Assembly (NCBI GenBank): GCA_002269645.1
Contig: NIVC01000946.1
Coordinates: 1-64,000, forward strand
DNA: 64,000 nucleotides
Source of the DNA: Macrostomum lignano
Lineage: Eukaryota
Direction: 5' to 3'
Positions 1 through 10,378 of this stretch are shown piece after piece. The notes beneath the pieces were generated by a model. The model was not told the origin of the DNA, did no database searches, and saw only the letters and a list, made by a program, of their open reading frames with translations. Both the position numbers and the translations under genes were made by a program. Each line of letters starts with the position of its first letter. Within the stretch, counting starts at the first letter, position 1.

Positions 1-1278
1 AACTTTACTGGATGAATTGTTGATCATGTTAAGCTTCACCTTCCTCTCAAATGCATAGATAATGTACAAGTCCACGGGTGTTGCGACAGTCCTCTCAATG
101 TTAGTCACGATATTCACAGGGCTGTTATCAGTAGGCATTTGTCTGGCAGACACATCAGCGCCAAACATTGGATATAGAGTTCCATATTGAAGAGCAGTGA
201 TAGCAATTCCATTGTTCTCTTTCACAGCCAAGTCGACCAACTCGCTGTAAAATTTGCTAATCTTGTTCTGACTGAAATCTCCATTTTGTGGCAGTGCAGG
301 GTAAAGATTATCACTGATTTCATGCTGAATGGACCGCACGTCTCCATGCATGTAGCGTAATGCTATTTGGGTTTCTCATATTAATAATGATATACCTTGG
401 ATTGCTGCATGATCCCTCTTTAATGCAGATGTTTGTTCTAGTTTCGTTTCGCTCATCTCGACACATGTAGGCTGTGTATGCAACATCAATGTCCTTCTCT
501 ATTGCCTTAAGATAATCGCTTTTAGTGCAGTCTTTGGCTCAATGACTTCCAAATACAGCTCGATTCCGGTTAGCTTCACCTCCATCCTTGTGTGGTCCGC
601 CCCAGTCCACAACACTCTACTGCGATCATCTCTAGTCATCTTAAAGGTGTAGCTAAAGTTACTAGTCAGTCGATTAAATGTATTACAGAATCCACTCATG
701 AATCTCAATGGTACAAATACATCAACAGACCGATACAGCGGGTTCTTAGCAGCATCATCAGCACCTTGCAATGCATAGTTGTATCTCTTCTTCCTCTTTT
801 TATAGCCACTGTCATTGATATCTCCTTCTTTTTCGTCTGCAATAAAACCCGCACCACTTCCCAATTGAATAAAATCAGGATTCTCGATCAAACAATGAGC
901 GTCATAGACAATTCCAAAGTTGCGATTCGCTCCAACTCAGTGCTCCCATTCGATACACTAAACTCCTTGAACATGTACGCCCAAAAGTTACTGATCAGAG
1001 CCACATCCGCATCATGCTTGTCAACGTTAGCACGAGCCGCATCCGCACCACCTTTGTCTTGAATTGAAATGTCATATGGAAGCCGCTCTTAAGACTGTGC
1101 ACACTAACCAAAGACGAACATCCATTGTATGTAAATGTCAGTGTTTGACCAGGACCAAGATTAGTTTCATTCTGATTTTCCTGACTGGGAACTCTTACCT
1201 GAGTCGCTTTGATTGTGCTATCATCACTCAAAATAGGCTTGTTAATTTTGTAGAAAACTGGTGTCAGTGGTCGTTCAT
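1..1278 (-). CDS. Polinton major capsid protein (double jelly roll, hexon-like); several 1-bp frameshifts; C-terminus at the window edge
   Basis: Joining frames gives MND(P)LTPVFYKINKPILSDDSTIK...NFWAYMFKEFSVSNGSTELERIA(N)FGIVYDAHCLIENPDF...VFVPLRFMSGF...NPRYIII...LYPMFGADVSARQ...DLYIIYAFERKVKL. These blocks resemble Polinton capsid motifs (D.SI, LF...NG..IE, PL..+.GF, P.YII, LYP+F.+DVS). Confidence 0.8.
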
Positions 1279-1308
1279 TTTTTAACTAAAAATAAAATAA
1301 AATAAGAA

Positions 1309-2509
1309 ATGAAGCGAAAAAGTACACAGCAGATATCTGAATTGGAGAAGCTAGCACAAGCAGAGAAACGAGTTACCGGGCTAATAAATAAGGAGCAACA
1401 ATCCTACAATGAGTTTGTCCAAGCAGCCACAGAGTTTCATAAACCCGGGTATGGAGAAGCTAAGAAAAATATTGATCAGGTCAAAGAAACTATCGACGAC
1501 ATACAGGAAACCCAAGTGCAAAAGGTTTTGGGCAAAATTCCAGAAGCACCACAGATACAGCCGCAACCACAACAACACAACCACAACAGCAACTAAAAGT
1601 GACAGATAACATTTTTGGACCAGTAGAGCGTGTCGAACATGATGGGAAATATGTATTTGGAATAAGTATGTGGAGAAAAACATTTATAATGAACCAGTGG
1701 AATATTATATCGACATAAATAAGAAACATATTTCTGTTGTCAAAGGCTCGGAAACTAAGAGCATTCCTTTCACAGAAACCTTACTGACTTTTATGACCAA
1801 GAACCAAGAGAGAATCTCGGACAAACAGCTAAAGAACTATAGAGATCTAGTGACTTTTGCTCTTGCTAGAGATATAGAATACTAAAGGCCCCAGAAGTCC
1901 TGAGACTTATGTATGATAACGGTGTCAACCTGACTAGATTCAAAAAGTACAAGCACTTTAAACAATGGTTCGATTTGCCAGATCAGGGGAAGTCATTGAT
2001 CAATAAATATCTAGAACAACAGCAACAGCAACCACAACAACAACAACGACCGCACAACAGCAGCAACATTTCACAGAAGAACAAGTACTCAGTCAACTGA
2101 AAATGCAGATCCGACTCAAGTAGCTAAATAAAAAAAACACCCAACAGACTGGCAACGCTTAGAACAACACTCTCCAGATCGAATGAACAGAATCAATCAA
2201 AGAGTTTTCACACCTCAACAAAGACAGGCACCACATGACAGTTCCATCTCTGAAAGTGAGCAGTCTTTTGCATCACCTCCCCAGCAGCTACAAGCCCAAC
2301 CAACTCCACAACCCCAAGACCAACCGCCCTCAACTGGAAAAGGAATTTCTGAAATCTACAAGCGAGTAGCGTTCTTCTAGGAGCGGCAAAGACCGGAATG
2401 AAAGATGAAAATAGAAAAGAATTTGTCAACATCCTGGACAAAATGCTTGAGAGAAAATACATCGATAAGAGGGCGAGAGAGCTTCTGCTTTCGCGTTCAA
2501 CAAAAAATA
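1309..2509 (+). CDS. Conserved-type Polinton uncharacterised protein (frameshifted across ORFs 1309, 1670, 1909, 2183, 2398)
   Basis: N-terminal coiled-coil and Q/P-rich linkers; C-terminal block GKGISEIYKRVAFFLGAAKTGMKDENRKEFVNILDKMLERKYI resembles the GxG...E+..I+D.+L motif seen in Polinton accessory proteins. Joining the fragments is inferred. Confidence 0.55.
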
Positions 2510-2526
2510 ATTTATTTCAAGTAAAA

Positions 2527-2913
2527 ATGCCTTTATTTTCGAAAAAGACATTGACAAATACTATGACAAAGAGGAACTTAATCTCATTAAACGCGGATCT
2601 GGACTTTTCCCTGCAGGCCACTATCCAAGAAAAGAACGCTCTGGGAATGGCCTTGCTGATTTGATCGCTCAGGGGGCTAAGATTTTTAAGGTCATTGGAG
2701 AGAACAAAGAGAACATCAAGAACGTTGCCGAAGCGGCTGGCAGTGTAGCCACAGCAGCCAAAAAGATAAAGGATACTGTAACACCTAAACAAGAGATTCA
2801 ACCTCCACTGGCCCCGCTGGCCCCGCTGGCCCCAAACCAGACAGTGTGGACCCTGCAGTCTATGAGAAGATGAGAGCAGCATTAAAAAAGGAAGTGGTTT
2901 CAAATTTGACTAA
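2527..2913 (+). CDS. Small core-like virion protein with GxG motifs (frameshifted)
   Basis: Reconstructed MPLFSKKDIDKYYDKEELNLIKRGSGLFP...RSGNGLADLIAQGAKIFKV...ALKKGSGFKFD*; amphipathic central helix; A-rich start AAAAATG. Confidence 0.6.
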
Positions 2914-2939
2914 AGGTACTTTCCGAGGTACAAGACTAG

Positions 2940-3108
2940 TCAAATGACACATCTAAGTCCCAAAATGACACATTAAGTCCAAAATGACACATCTAAGTCC
3001 AATAAGTCCCAAAAGACACATTAAGTCCCAAAATGACACATCTAAGTCCCAAAACGACACATTCAAGTCCAAAAGACACATTCAAGTCCCGAAATGACAC
3101 ATCTTCTA
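2940..3108. repeat. ~20-21 bp tandem repeat inside the Polinton (AAGTCC(C)AAAATGACACAT(C)T, ~8 units)
   Basis: Directly visible tandem units between the core-like gene and the ATPase. Confidence 0.9.
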
Positions 3109-3142
3109 AATGATTTATTATTTAATTTTTTTCATAGAAAAA

Positions 3143-3930
3143 ATGGACTTTTCAAACGACTTCAATCCTCACTGGACGCGTAATCAGATTAAGTTTTCTC
3201 ATCACGAGTCAATCCAGTCACTTCAGATGCATTGTTGTTGGTTCATCAGGTTCAGGTAAAACATTCAGAGTCTTTAACATGCTTCTTAGACCTGGCTTTC
3301 GACTATGACACTCTGCACATCTACTCTCCCCACTCTGTATCAAGATGAGTATAAAATGCTGATTGCGGGCACAAACAAACTGAACAAAGAGGACATTATT
3401 CATGTTTTAATAACCAAATGAGCCTTCCCAGTAACCCTGAAATTGTAGCTGCTGAATATGCAAAGCACCTCAAAGACAATGAAAAATGGCAGAACATTAA
3501 AGTGTTCACCTATGGAGATCCACAGGCTGATCCAAAGACCAAACTTCTACCCCAACCAGATGAGCTAGAAAAGGGGAGAAAGCATTTGATCGTCTTTGAT
3601 GATTGTATGACAGGCCCACAGAAGCAGATAGAAAACTATTTTACAAGAGGACGACATAACAATTGTAATGTAATTTACATTGCACAGAACTGGTTCGAGC
3701 TCCCGAACAAAACAATTCGTGGGAACTGCAATCTGATTCTCCTGTTTCCAACCATTCCACAGGATAGGCTAAAAAGATTTTACAATGAGGTCATTGCGCC
3801 TGCCTATTTTATAAATCCAACAAAAAACTCAAGCAGAAAGATTTCACAAGAGGAATTCGTTAATCTTTGCTATGACAAGTGGAATCAACCTATCAGTTTG
3901 TGATTATCAGCAAAGAAAAAAGAACTGTAA
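3143..3930 (+). CDS. DNA-packaging ATPase (A32/FtsK-HerA family), frameshifted
   Basis: Walker A CIVVGSSGSGKT (~3225-3265), Walker B LIVFDDC, then GRHNNCNVIYIAQ and TIRGNCN motifs typical of Polinton/NCLDV packaging ATPases. Confidence 0.9.
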
Positions 3931-4123
3931 TTTAAAATTTGCTATTAAAAGATGTCATAAACTTTGCAGGTGAATCCATTTCTGGCAACAGCGCTCTTAC
4001 ATCAGCTCAAATATCCATCCTTGACAGGCGATATATCAACAGCGACGAAAAGATCCCAGAGATCAAACTGAATAAAAACAGACTGAAAGCCCTGAGCGCT
4101 CCATGCACCAGTTGCAAATAAAC

Positions 4124-4691
4124 ATGGAAGATCTCAGGCTTAAAGTAGCTAGGCAGAAGTTTGAAAGTGATAAGCTTTATGTGCCGTTGTTAAACGCAAC
4201 TAATGAACTTAGGTCAGAAATAACTTCGGCAGTCTCGCAAATCAACGGTTTAAGAACAAATTTAGCATCGACAATTAATCTTCTGAGAAACTCCATTGAT
4301 AGGCGGATGCGCATTCTTGAAGAAGGAGTTTTCACAAACACAGTTAAAGTGAAATTTAGAAGAGTTCATGAACCAGTCAACAGCATTGCATGATAGAATT
4401 AAAGAAAACGTCGCAACCAACACATGTAAAGTGAGGAATTTAGAAGAGTTCATGACTCAGTCAACAGCGTTGCATGATCAAATCAAAGTAAGAATTACTG
4501 CAATTAAAGTCTTTGTAGATTTAGTTTTTACCGAATGGCAGAAATCGGTGAGAAGAATCGGTCGTCTTGAACGCTTGCATAATCTCAAAAACATTGACGC
4601 TGAAGAGGCACCACAGACCACAAGGGAAACAAGTGATCCAACCGACTTGTTTGAGATCATGCGTAGAATGGAGCTCACAGATAATGAATAG
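4124..4691 (+). CDS. Coiled-coil protein of unknown function with an internal ~28-aa duplication (one frameshift)
   Basis: ORFs 4103 and 4368 share the duplicated DNA segment TTAGAAGAGTTCATGA..CAGTCAACAGC.TTGCATGA about 84 bp apart; heptad-like sequence. Confidence 0.5.
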
Positions 4692-4798
4692 GCAGATTCA
4701 GAGACCTGTTGCCGTCACTGCAGACGAAGCAATCAACCGTAAAACAAATCTAACCACCACCAACTAGTTGCCGATTTTTTTAAAAAATTCCCTAAAAA

Positions 4799-5451
4799 AT
4801 GGATGCTCAAAATTCTCTTTATGATCCGAACGCTCCCACAACACCTAGTGCACCTAGTGCACCCCAATATGAGCAACAAAAACTCTACCCCGTCATTACT
4901 TGTAACTCTCAACAGTTTCGACTAGTGGAGATTCAAAAAATGCGCGATGATCTTGAAAAAAATATTTTCCACAACACAAAGAAAATTAAGCGCTATGACA
5001 ACCACTGTAAATTTTTCGACTACAGCAATATGATTCTAGGATCTGTGTCTGTTCTATCTGGATCTGCTGCAGCTGTCTCAGTGTTGCCAGCCATCACAGC
5101 CCAATCGCAATCCACTTGGCTCTGTGGTGCTGCATGTGGACTTATTTCAGCAATTACTGGAGCATTAGCGCGAAACAGGCGAAAAAAACTAAAGCAGCTA
5201 CAGGAGAAGCAAGTAAAAGAGAAAGGGGTGCACACTCAATCATAGGGTACATTTCAAGGGCAATCGAGGATAAGTTCATTTCAGAGGATGAGTTCAAAAC
5301 CATTCAGGATCTTTATGAACAATCAATTCGAATGAACTTGAACATGGTCGGTACTGATGACATGAGTCAGCTGAGAAATGAACTCGAGAAAGTTCTTCAA
5401 CATTATGTGGAAAGAAGGACAACGAGAAGTACAACGAGAAATGCACAATGA
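4799..5451 (+). CDS. Polinton membrane-associated protein, probably the adintovirus GasderminX class (one frameshift)
   Basis: LYP...QQFRLVEIQKMRDDLE, a central hydrophobic G/A/S-rich hairpin, then a basic stretch and ISRAIEDKFISEDEF (IS+A+.D..IS..EF motif). The family label is from recall, not a search. Confidence 0.55.
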
Positions 5452-5856
5452 ACCCCTATGAAACACAGTACGAATAATTTCCTTGTAGGTCTTTCGTGTT
5501 TTGGTCATTGCATACAAAACAGTCATGCACAGCTCACCGCAAATATCACTGCTAAGACCTTGGAGAATAAAGTCTGAGCGATAAATTTTTTTATTATTTT
5601 TTCCCTTCATATAATTTCTTAGCTCTTCTGGTACTGCCGTCCCATAGCTATCGAAGTAATAACACTTGTGCTTGCGATCGGGATCAATCACCCAGCAAAC
5701 CCAATGAGATCCTGGCTTATCGGTGGTGTCAAAGTTCATGATGCCGCATTCCTTTCTTAGAGGAAAATCAGGCAGAGTGTCCCTCATAAATATTCCTCTA
5801 AAGTTTGGGATTTCCAGTTCGTTAGCCAAATCTTCAAGAAAGTTATTTGTTGTCAT
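5323..5856 (-). CDS. Adenain-like (Ulp1-fold) cysteine maturation protease
   Basis: Intact ORF with GSHWV (His), YFDSYG (Asp) and Q..SSDICGELC (Gln, Cys). Confidence 0.93.
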   Translation of the reverse strand: MTTNNFLEDLANELEIPNFRGIFMRDTLPDFPLRKECGIMNFDTTDKPGSHWVCWVIDPDRKHKCYYFDSYGTAVPEELRNYMKGKNNKKIYRSDFILQGLSSDICGELCMTVLYAMTKTRKTYKEIIRTVFHRGSLCISRCTSRCPSFHIMLKNFLEFISQLTHVISTDHVQVHSN

Positions 5857-5929
5857 TTTTTATGAGGTTTATTAAACTTTCTCTTAAACCTAAACCCAAT
5901 CTCAACCTCCTAAACCCAACCTCAACCTC

Positions 5930-8900
5930 CTAAACCCAATCTCCTAAACCTAATCTCCAGTGCCCGAACGGTAGACTGTTGATATTGTCATCAAAAATGA
6001 ATCTCTTGTTATCTGCACCTGACAGTCCAATCTTCTTTTGCTGAATTGTGTGAATAATATGGTTTTTAGATTGTAGCTTTGAGAACTCATGTGATGTCTT
6101 TTTGTTGCAATTCAAGGCGTCTCTGTATTCAGCTTCATTAATTTCCTTCCTAACCACACGTTTCGGAATTCCCTTTGATTTTTTGATTGGGTCTGACGAC
6201 TCACATTTTATAAAATAGGACTTTGCTCTCAACCCAATGAATTCAGTGATTATGTCACCAGCAATCTCGTCCTTCATTTTCCCAATCACTTTCTTGTTAG
6301 TGGCGTCAAACACTTGATCGCCATTCTGTGTCCTGCAAGATTCATCATACTCAGACAAGTCAAACAAATCTTTTTGCTGCAGCATGTCCTGATAAATGTC
6401 TTCTGTTTGAATGTCCATAATAAAACTGTCTGTGTCAGTGTACAAGAGTTTCATTTTATCCTTGTACTGCTGCTTCATGCCATAGAAGAACTGGTACATC
6501 AGACGTTTTGATTCGTCGAGAACAGTGACACCTGTATAGATCGGCTTGCGCAGCGTCACCTTGGTTTTGTAAAATATGATCACACCTAAGTAGCTATTAA
6601 AGATATGGAGTTCTTTGAATGTTGGCTTTGACATATTTGCCTGAATAACAGCAGGCTCTGATGAGGTAACAAGTTTCAGGTTTGTTCTTTTCCGCTCATT
6701 CTCAAGAGTCTTGCCATAGACAGAGTTGTTGGCCAACTTAAAGAGGTTCTTGTCAAAGTCGTTGGTTGCTTTGGTCCTAAACTGGGTATTCTTATCAATG
6801 TAGGGTTTCATCCACGCTTCCTCTGTAAATGTAAGAGCCCGGTGAACTTTGGTGACCCTGCAACCAAGTGAGATAAAATATTGAAGCAGTTTGTAATGGA
6901 TTTTGTAACGTGTCTTGTTGTTTAGATTCTGTGTTAGTTTCTCTGTATGTTCTTTTTCTGTTCCTGACAGGTGCCAAGTTCCATTATTATCATTGGGAGT
7001 TTCGATTATTTTCGGACACTTGATGTTCTCTGGGAAGGGTGGAAAGTCAGAGAAATAGTCGTGAAGCTCTGGTGGAATGTAAACATCAACCTCATAAATG
7101 GCAGCCAATGAAAAGTCCCATTTAAATTCTGATGAGGGTAGCCATCGAAAATCTCTAACTGGAAGATCTTGACTCATCGCCCACCCGTAGAGATTATTAG
7201 CGTCCAAGTAAGTAATGTAGTTTGAGGGCTGCTCCTTATTGTAAGATTCAATGTAGGGATTGTTTGCTTTTGCATATCTGTTAACGCAAATTGAGATTCC
7301 CCCTCGCTTTGACGATTCGACAAAATTGTACATGTCAATGTCTGTAAGAAGTTCAATGTACCAATCTGGATCTTGATCCCATTTCATTTTAAGCAAAGAT
7401 TCCCAGCTAGTGGCAGGCAGAGACACATAATGTGCTGGATCGAGGCCATATGCTGTGTACCAGGTGTATCTGAAGGTTTCAAAAACATCAGCCAGCAGAA
7501 ACACATCTGTGAAAAGGTAAAGCAGGTGATACTGGAAGAAGTTTTGACAATTAAAGTAATTATAGACATGCTTCGCGTGCTCATAGTCTTTGTCAGAGAT
7601 TCCAGAGTCTGTTAGCTTTGAAAAGAACTTCTCCTGTGGTGGTAAACCTCTTCAAATACGTGATACCCAGTAATATTTTCATAGGGGTAGAAGCCTTTCT
7701 TTCTTAAAAGTTTAAATGATTCATCACTGTTGTAATTTTACTTGCAAACATCTTTGTATATGTACATTGTTCATCTTTTAGATTCTTGCTTAGTTCGTCT
7801 AGACTGGCAGCTAGAAATTGATATGAATCCTTCAGTCTTATTTTACCTGTACCCGAATTATCCTGTTTAATATCAACACACTTAAACTTCTCCTTGTTCT
7901 CTGCGATGCAGTCAAGGTGTATGTCTGGAATCATGCCGATTTTTTCAACTATTAAATGCATGTCATAGTTCTTTGCGTTGTGACAAAATATCGTTAGATC
8001 ATGAATGTTCGATTTTAGCTTTAGATTACAGGTGTTATGCGCGGCGCCTCTAAATTTCCCAGTTAAGTGGCAGTGGTCCCTAACGGTGGGGTTTTTAATA
8101 TTAGTGCAAGTTAAATGTTTCCTGCAGATGTGGCAATGAGTTGCTGATAGGAAATTGCTTTCATCCTCCTCAGTCATCATTATTGGAACAGGTTGAAGGG
8201 TGCTAATCACTTTTTGCAACTCTAACATTCTGGCAATAAACTGCTCCACACACTGCTCTCCAAAGAAATAATTATACTCAACAAGTCCTTTTGTATTAAT
8301 AAAGGCATATGCTACTGAATTGGGGATATGTTTTTGAGTTGGAGTTTGTTTTTGTGTTTCCGGCATGATTGAGCATTCGAAATCAGCATATACAACAAAT
8401 GGGAGCTTCTCCATCTTGTGATAGTTCTTAAACCGGAGATACTTCTCTTCAGCTGAAGGAAGAGAGCAGTTTGTCGGGTGATCCTCGCATGATAATTCAT
8501 GCTCTGTTAGCTTTTCAAAGCGTCAGGTCCACTGTAATGCTTAAGGCACAAGCGGCAGATGGCAACAGCCTCGTGATGATTATTCAACTGCTTGTGAATG
8601 AGTCTTGAAAGATCTTTAACCAAACATAGTGAGCCTCCTCTAGTAAATTACCAATCACTAGAAGATCCACTTCAGTCCGCCTTTTCCCCTCGGGATCTAA
8701 AACGTCTTTGCTACATCTGACCGGTTGAACTTTCTCAGTTTTCTCACTCCACTCAAAGACTGTGATTCTAATTTTGTTATTAAACACTTCTTCTAGCTTT
8801 GGGATCTGAGAGATCGCCAAGCCTCCTTTGTCAAACCTGATTCCCTTCTTTTCGCATTCGATGAGATAGTAGTTGAAATAATTTTGATAATTTGAGGTTC

Positions 8901-9792
8901 TTTCGGGGTGGTGAGGTACACTAAAAAGTGCAGAAAGAACTGCCCATAGAGCACAGCAATTGTCTTTATTTTTAACATTTATGCAAGCTTTTTTACCGGC
9001 TAGCTTATGCGGGAGCTCTATATAAGAGGAGGCTTTAAGTGGGTCATATTTCATGACCCTGACAGTCGCTCTTTGAATCCCTCCACGACCCATCCGGAAC
9101 CTCTGGATGTAAACGCTTCAATTTTCTTATTGACATCTTGAAGGAAAGGATCCAGTGTGTCTGTTGGGGTGAATGGCTTTGCCTTTGTTGTCATGTAATA
9201 CTCGAGATGCTCAGTGGGTTTTGCAGGCATATAAAACGCAATCTTGAATGATATCTGTAGTTTAAAGGTCTTGCGTGTTTTGAGTGTGTGATCAACAACT
9301 GATTGGATGCTGTCTTTATAGTCGTAAATGTTTGCGGTGGTACCGTTGGTGCCGTTTATTGGGATTGTGTACTCTATGTAATGTTCTGTAAACTTCGTCT
9401 GTGCAAAATTAATCTCTTCAGTGGCAAGCTCCGACTCTTTTAAATGGATTAATTGCTCTAATTTCTCTTGTTCGTGCTTATTCTGTGGGTACTTTGCTTT
9501 TTCACCAGTGAGAGTTTCGTATTTGTTAACTAAGTTGCGACTCCTCTCTTGGTGTTCCTTTGCAGAATTTTTTATAGGCACATACTGGTTGGATTCTAAT
9601 TGATTGATGATTTCCAACTGTTTTTCATAGCTTCCCAGGTGACCAGGGTCGGTGTTAAACTTTTGTTTACATGCTTCTCTTAGTAAATTACTTTTGTCTT
9701 GAAATGAGACACCTTTTAAGGTTGTAGGGTAGGGTAAATGAGACGAAAAATATTTGTTGACTAAATCTTTTGCTGGATTGGCTTTGGGGCAT
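5930..9792 (-). CDS. Protein-primed family B DNA polymerase with Zn-finger and EndoVII-like insert (~1,290 aa reconstructed; several frameshifts in the 5' two-thirds)
   Basis: FTSRGSGW; ASSYIELP..KKACINVKN; ExoI YADFE; CHIC...VRDHCHLTGKFRGAAHNTCN; HNAKNYD; KGFYPYE; RGGIS; YLDANNLYG; KLANNSVYGK; YTDTDS; GLRAKSY; KSKG. Start AAAAATG at 9792. Confidence 0.96.
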
Positions 9793-9915
9793 TTTTCTCG
9801 AAAATATAAAAAAAAATTTGAGGGTGACCACCCTGATAGAAAAGTTGAACTGTTTCTACATCCTATCAGTAGCTTTAGGTTTATGAAGCTGGATAAAGTG
9901 AGGTTTTAAACCTCA

Positions 9916-10362
9916 TCACATCCGCATTATTGTAAACCCAGCATTGTGTAGTGTCATGATGGCTTTGACAATGTCAGACTTGCTTACAGAATTTTCATTC
10001 TCACAATCATCACGATCGGGGCAGCCCTCTCCTGCCTTAATTGTTATACCTTTGTCTCTTGCAATCTTTTGCAATTCCAGCTGGTGGGCTCTATCATTCC
10101 CAGCTTTAACAGCAGTTGCTACACCTCCAGCTACACCACCTGCGGCACTTACAGCGCCTGCAATGATCGGAATAAGAGCTGCTAATGGTAGGATTCCTCC
10201 TGACTTTTCATCTGTGATGCTGTGTCTTTGCTCATTACATTGAGCTATTTGCTGTGTGGGATCGATTTTTACTTTGATACCTTTAATTGATATAAGACCT
10301 GGTTTCTTTGATTCAATGATTTTATTGAGTTTATTGATGGTTCTGGTTTCGATCTTTGTCAT
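9916..10362 (-). CDS. Adenovirus protein X (pX/mu)-like virion protein
   Basis: SGGILPLAALIPIIAGAVSAAGGVAGGVATAV closely parallels adenovirus pX RGGILPLLIPLIAAAIGAVPGIASVA; basic N-terminus. Confidence 0.75.
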   Translation of the reverse strand: MTKIETRTINKLNKIIESKKPGLISIKGIKVKIDPTQQIAQCNEQRHSITDEKSGGILPLAALIPIIAGAVSAAGGVAGGVATAVKAGNDRAHQLELQKIARDKGITIKAGEGCPDRDDCENENSVSKSDIVKAIMTLHNAGFTIMRM

Positions 10363-10378
10363 TTTTTATTTTAATATT

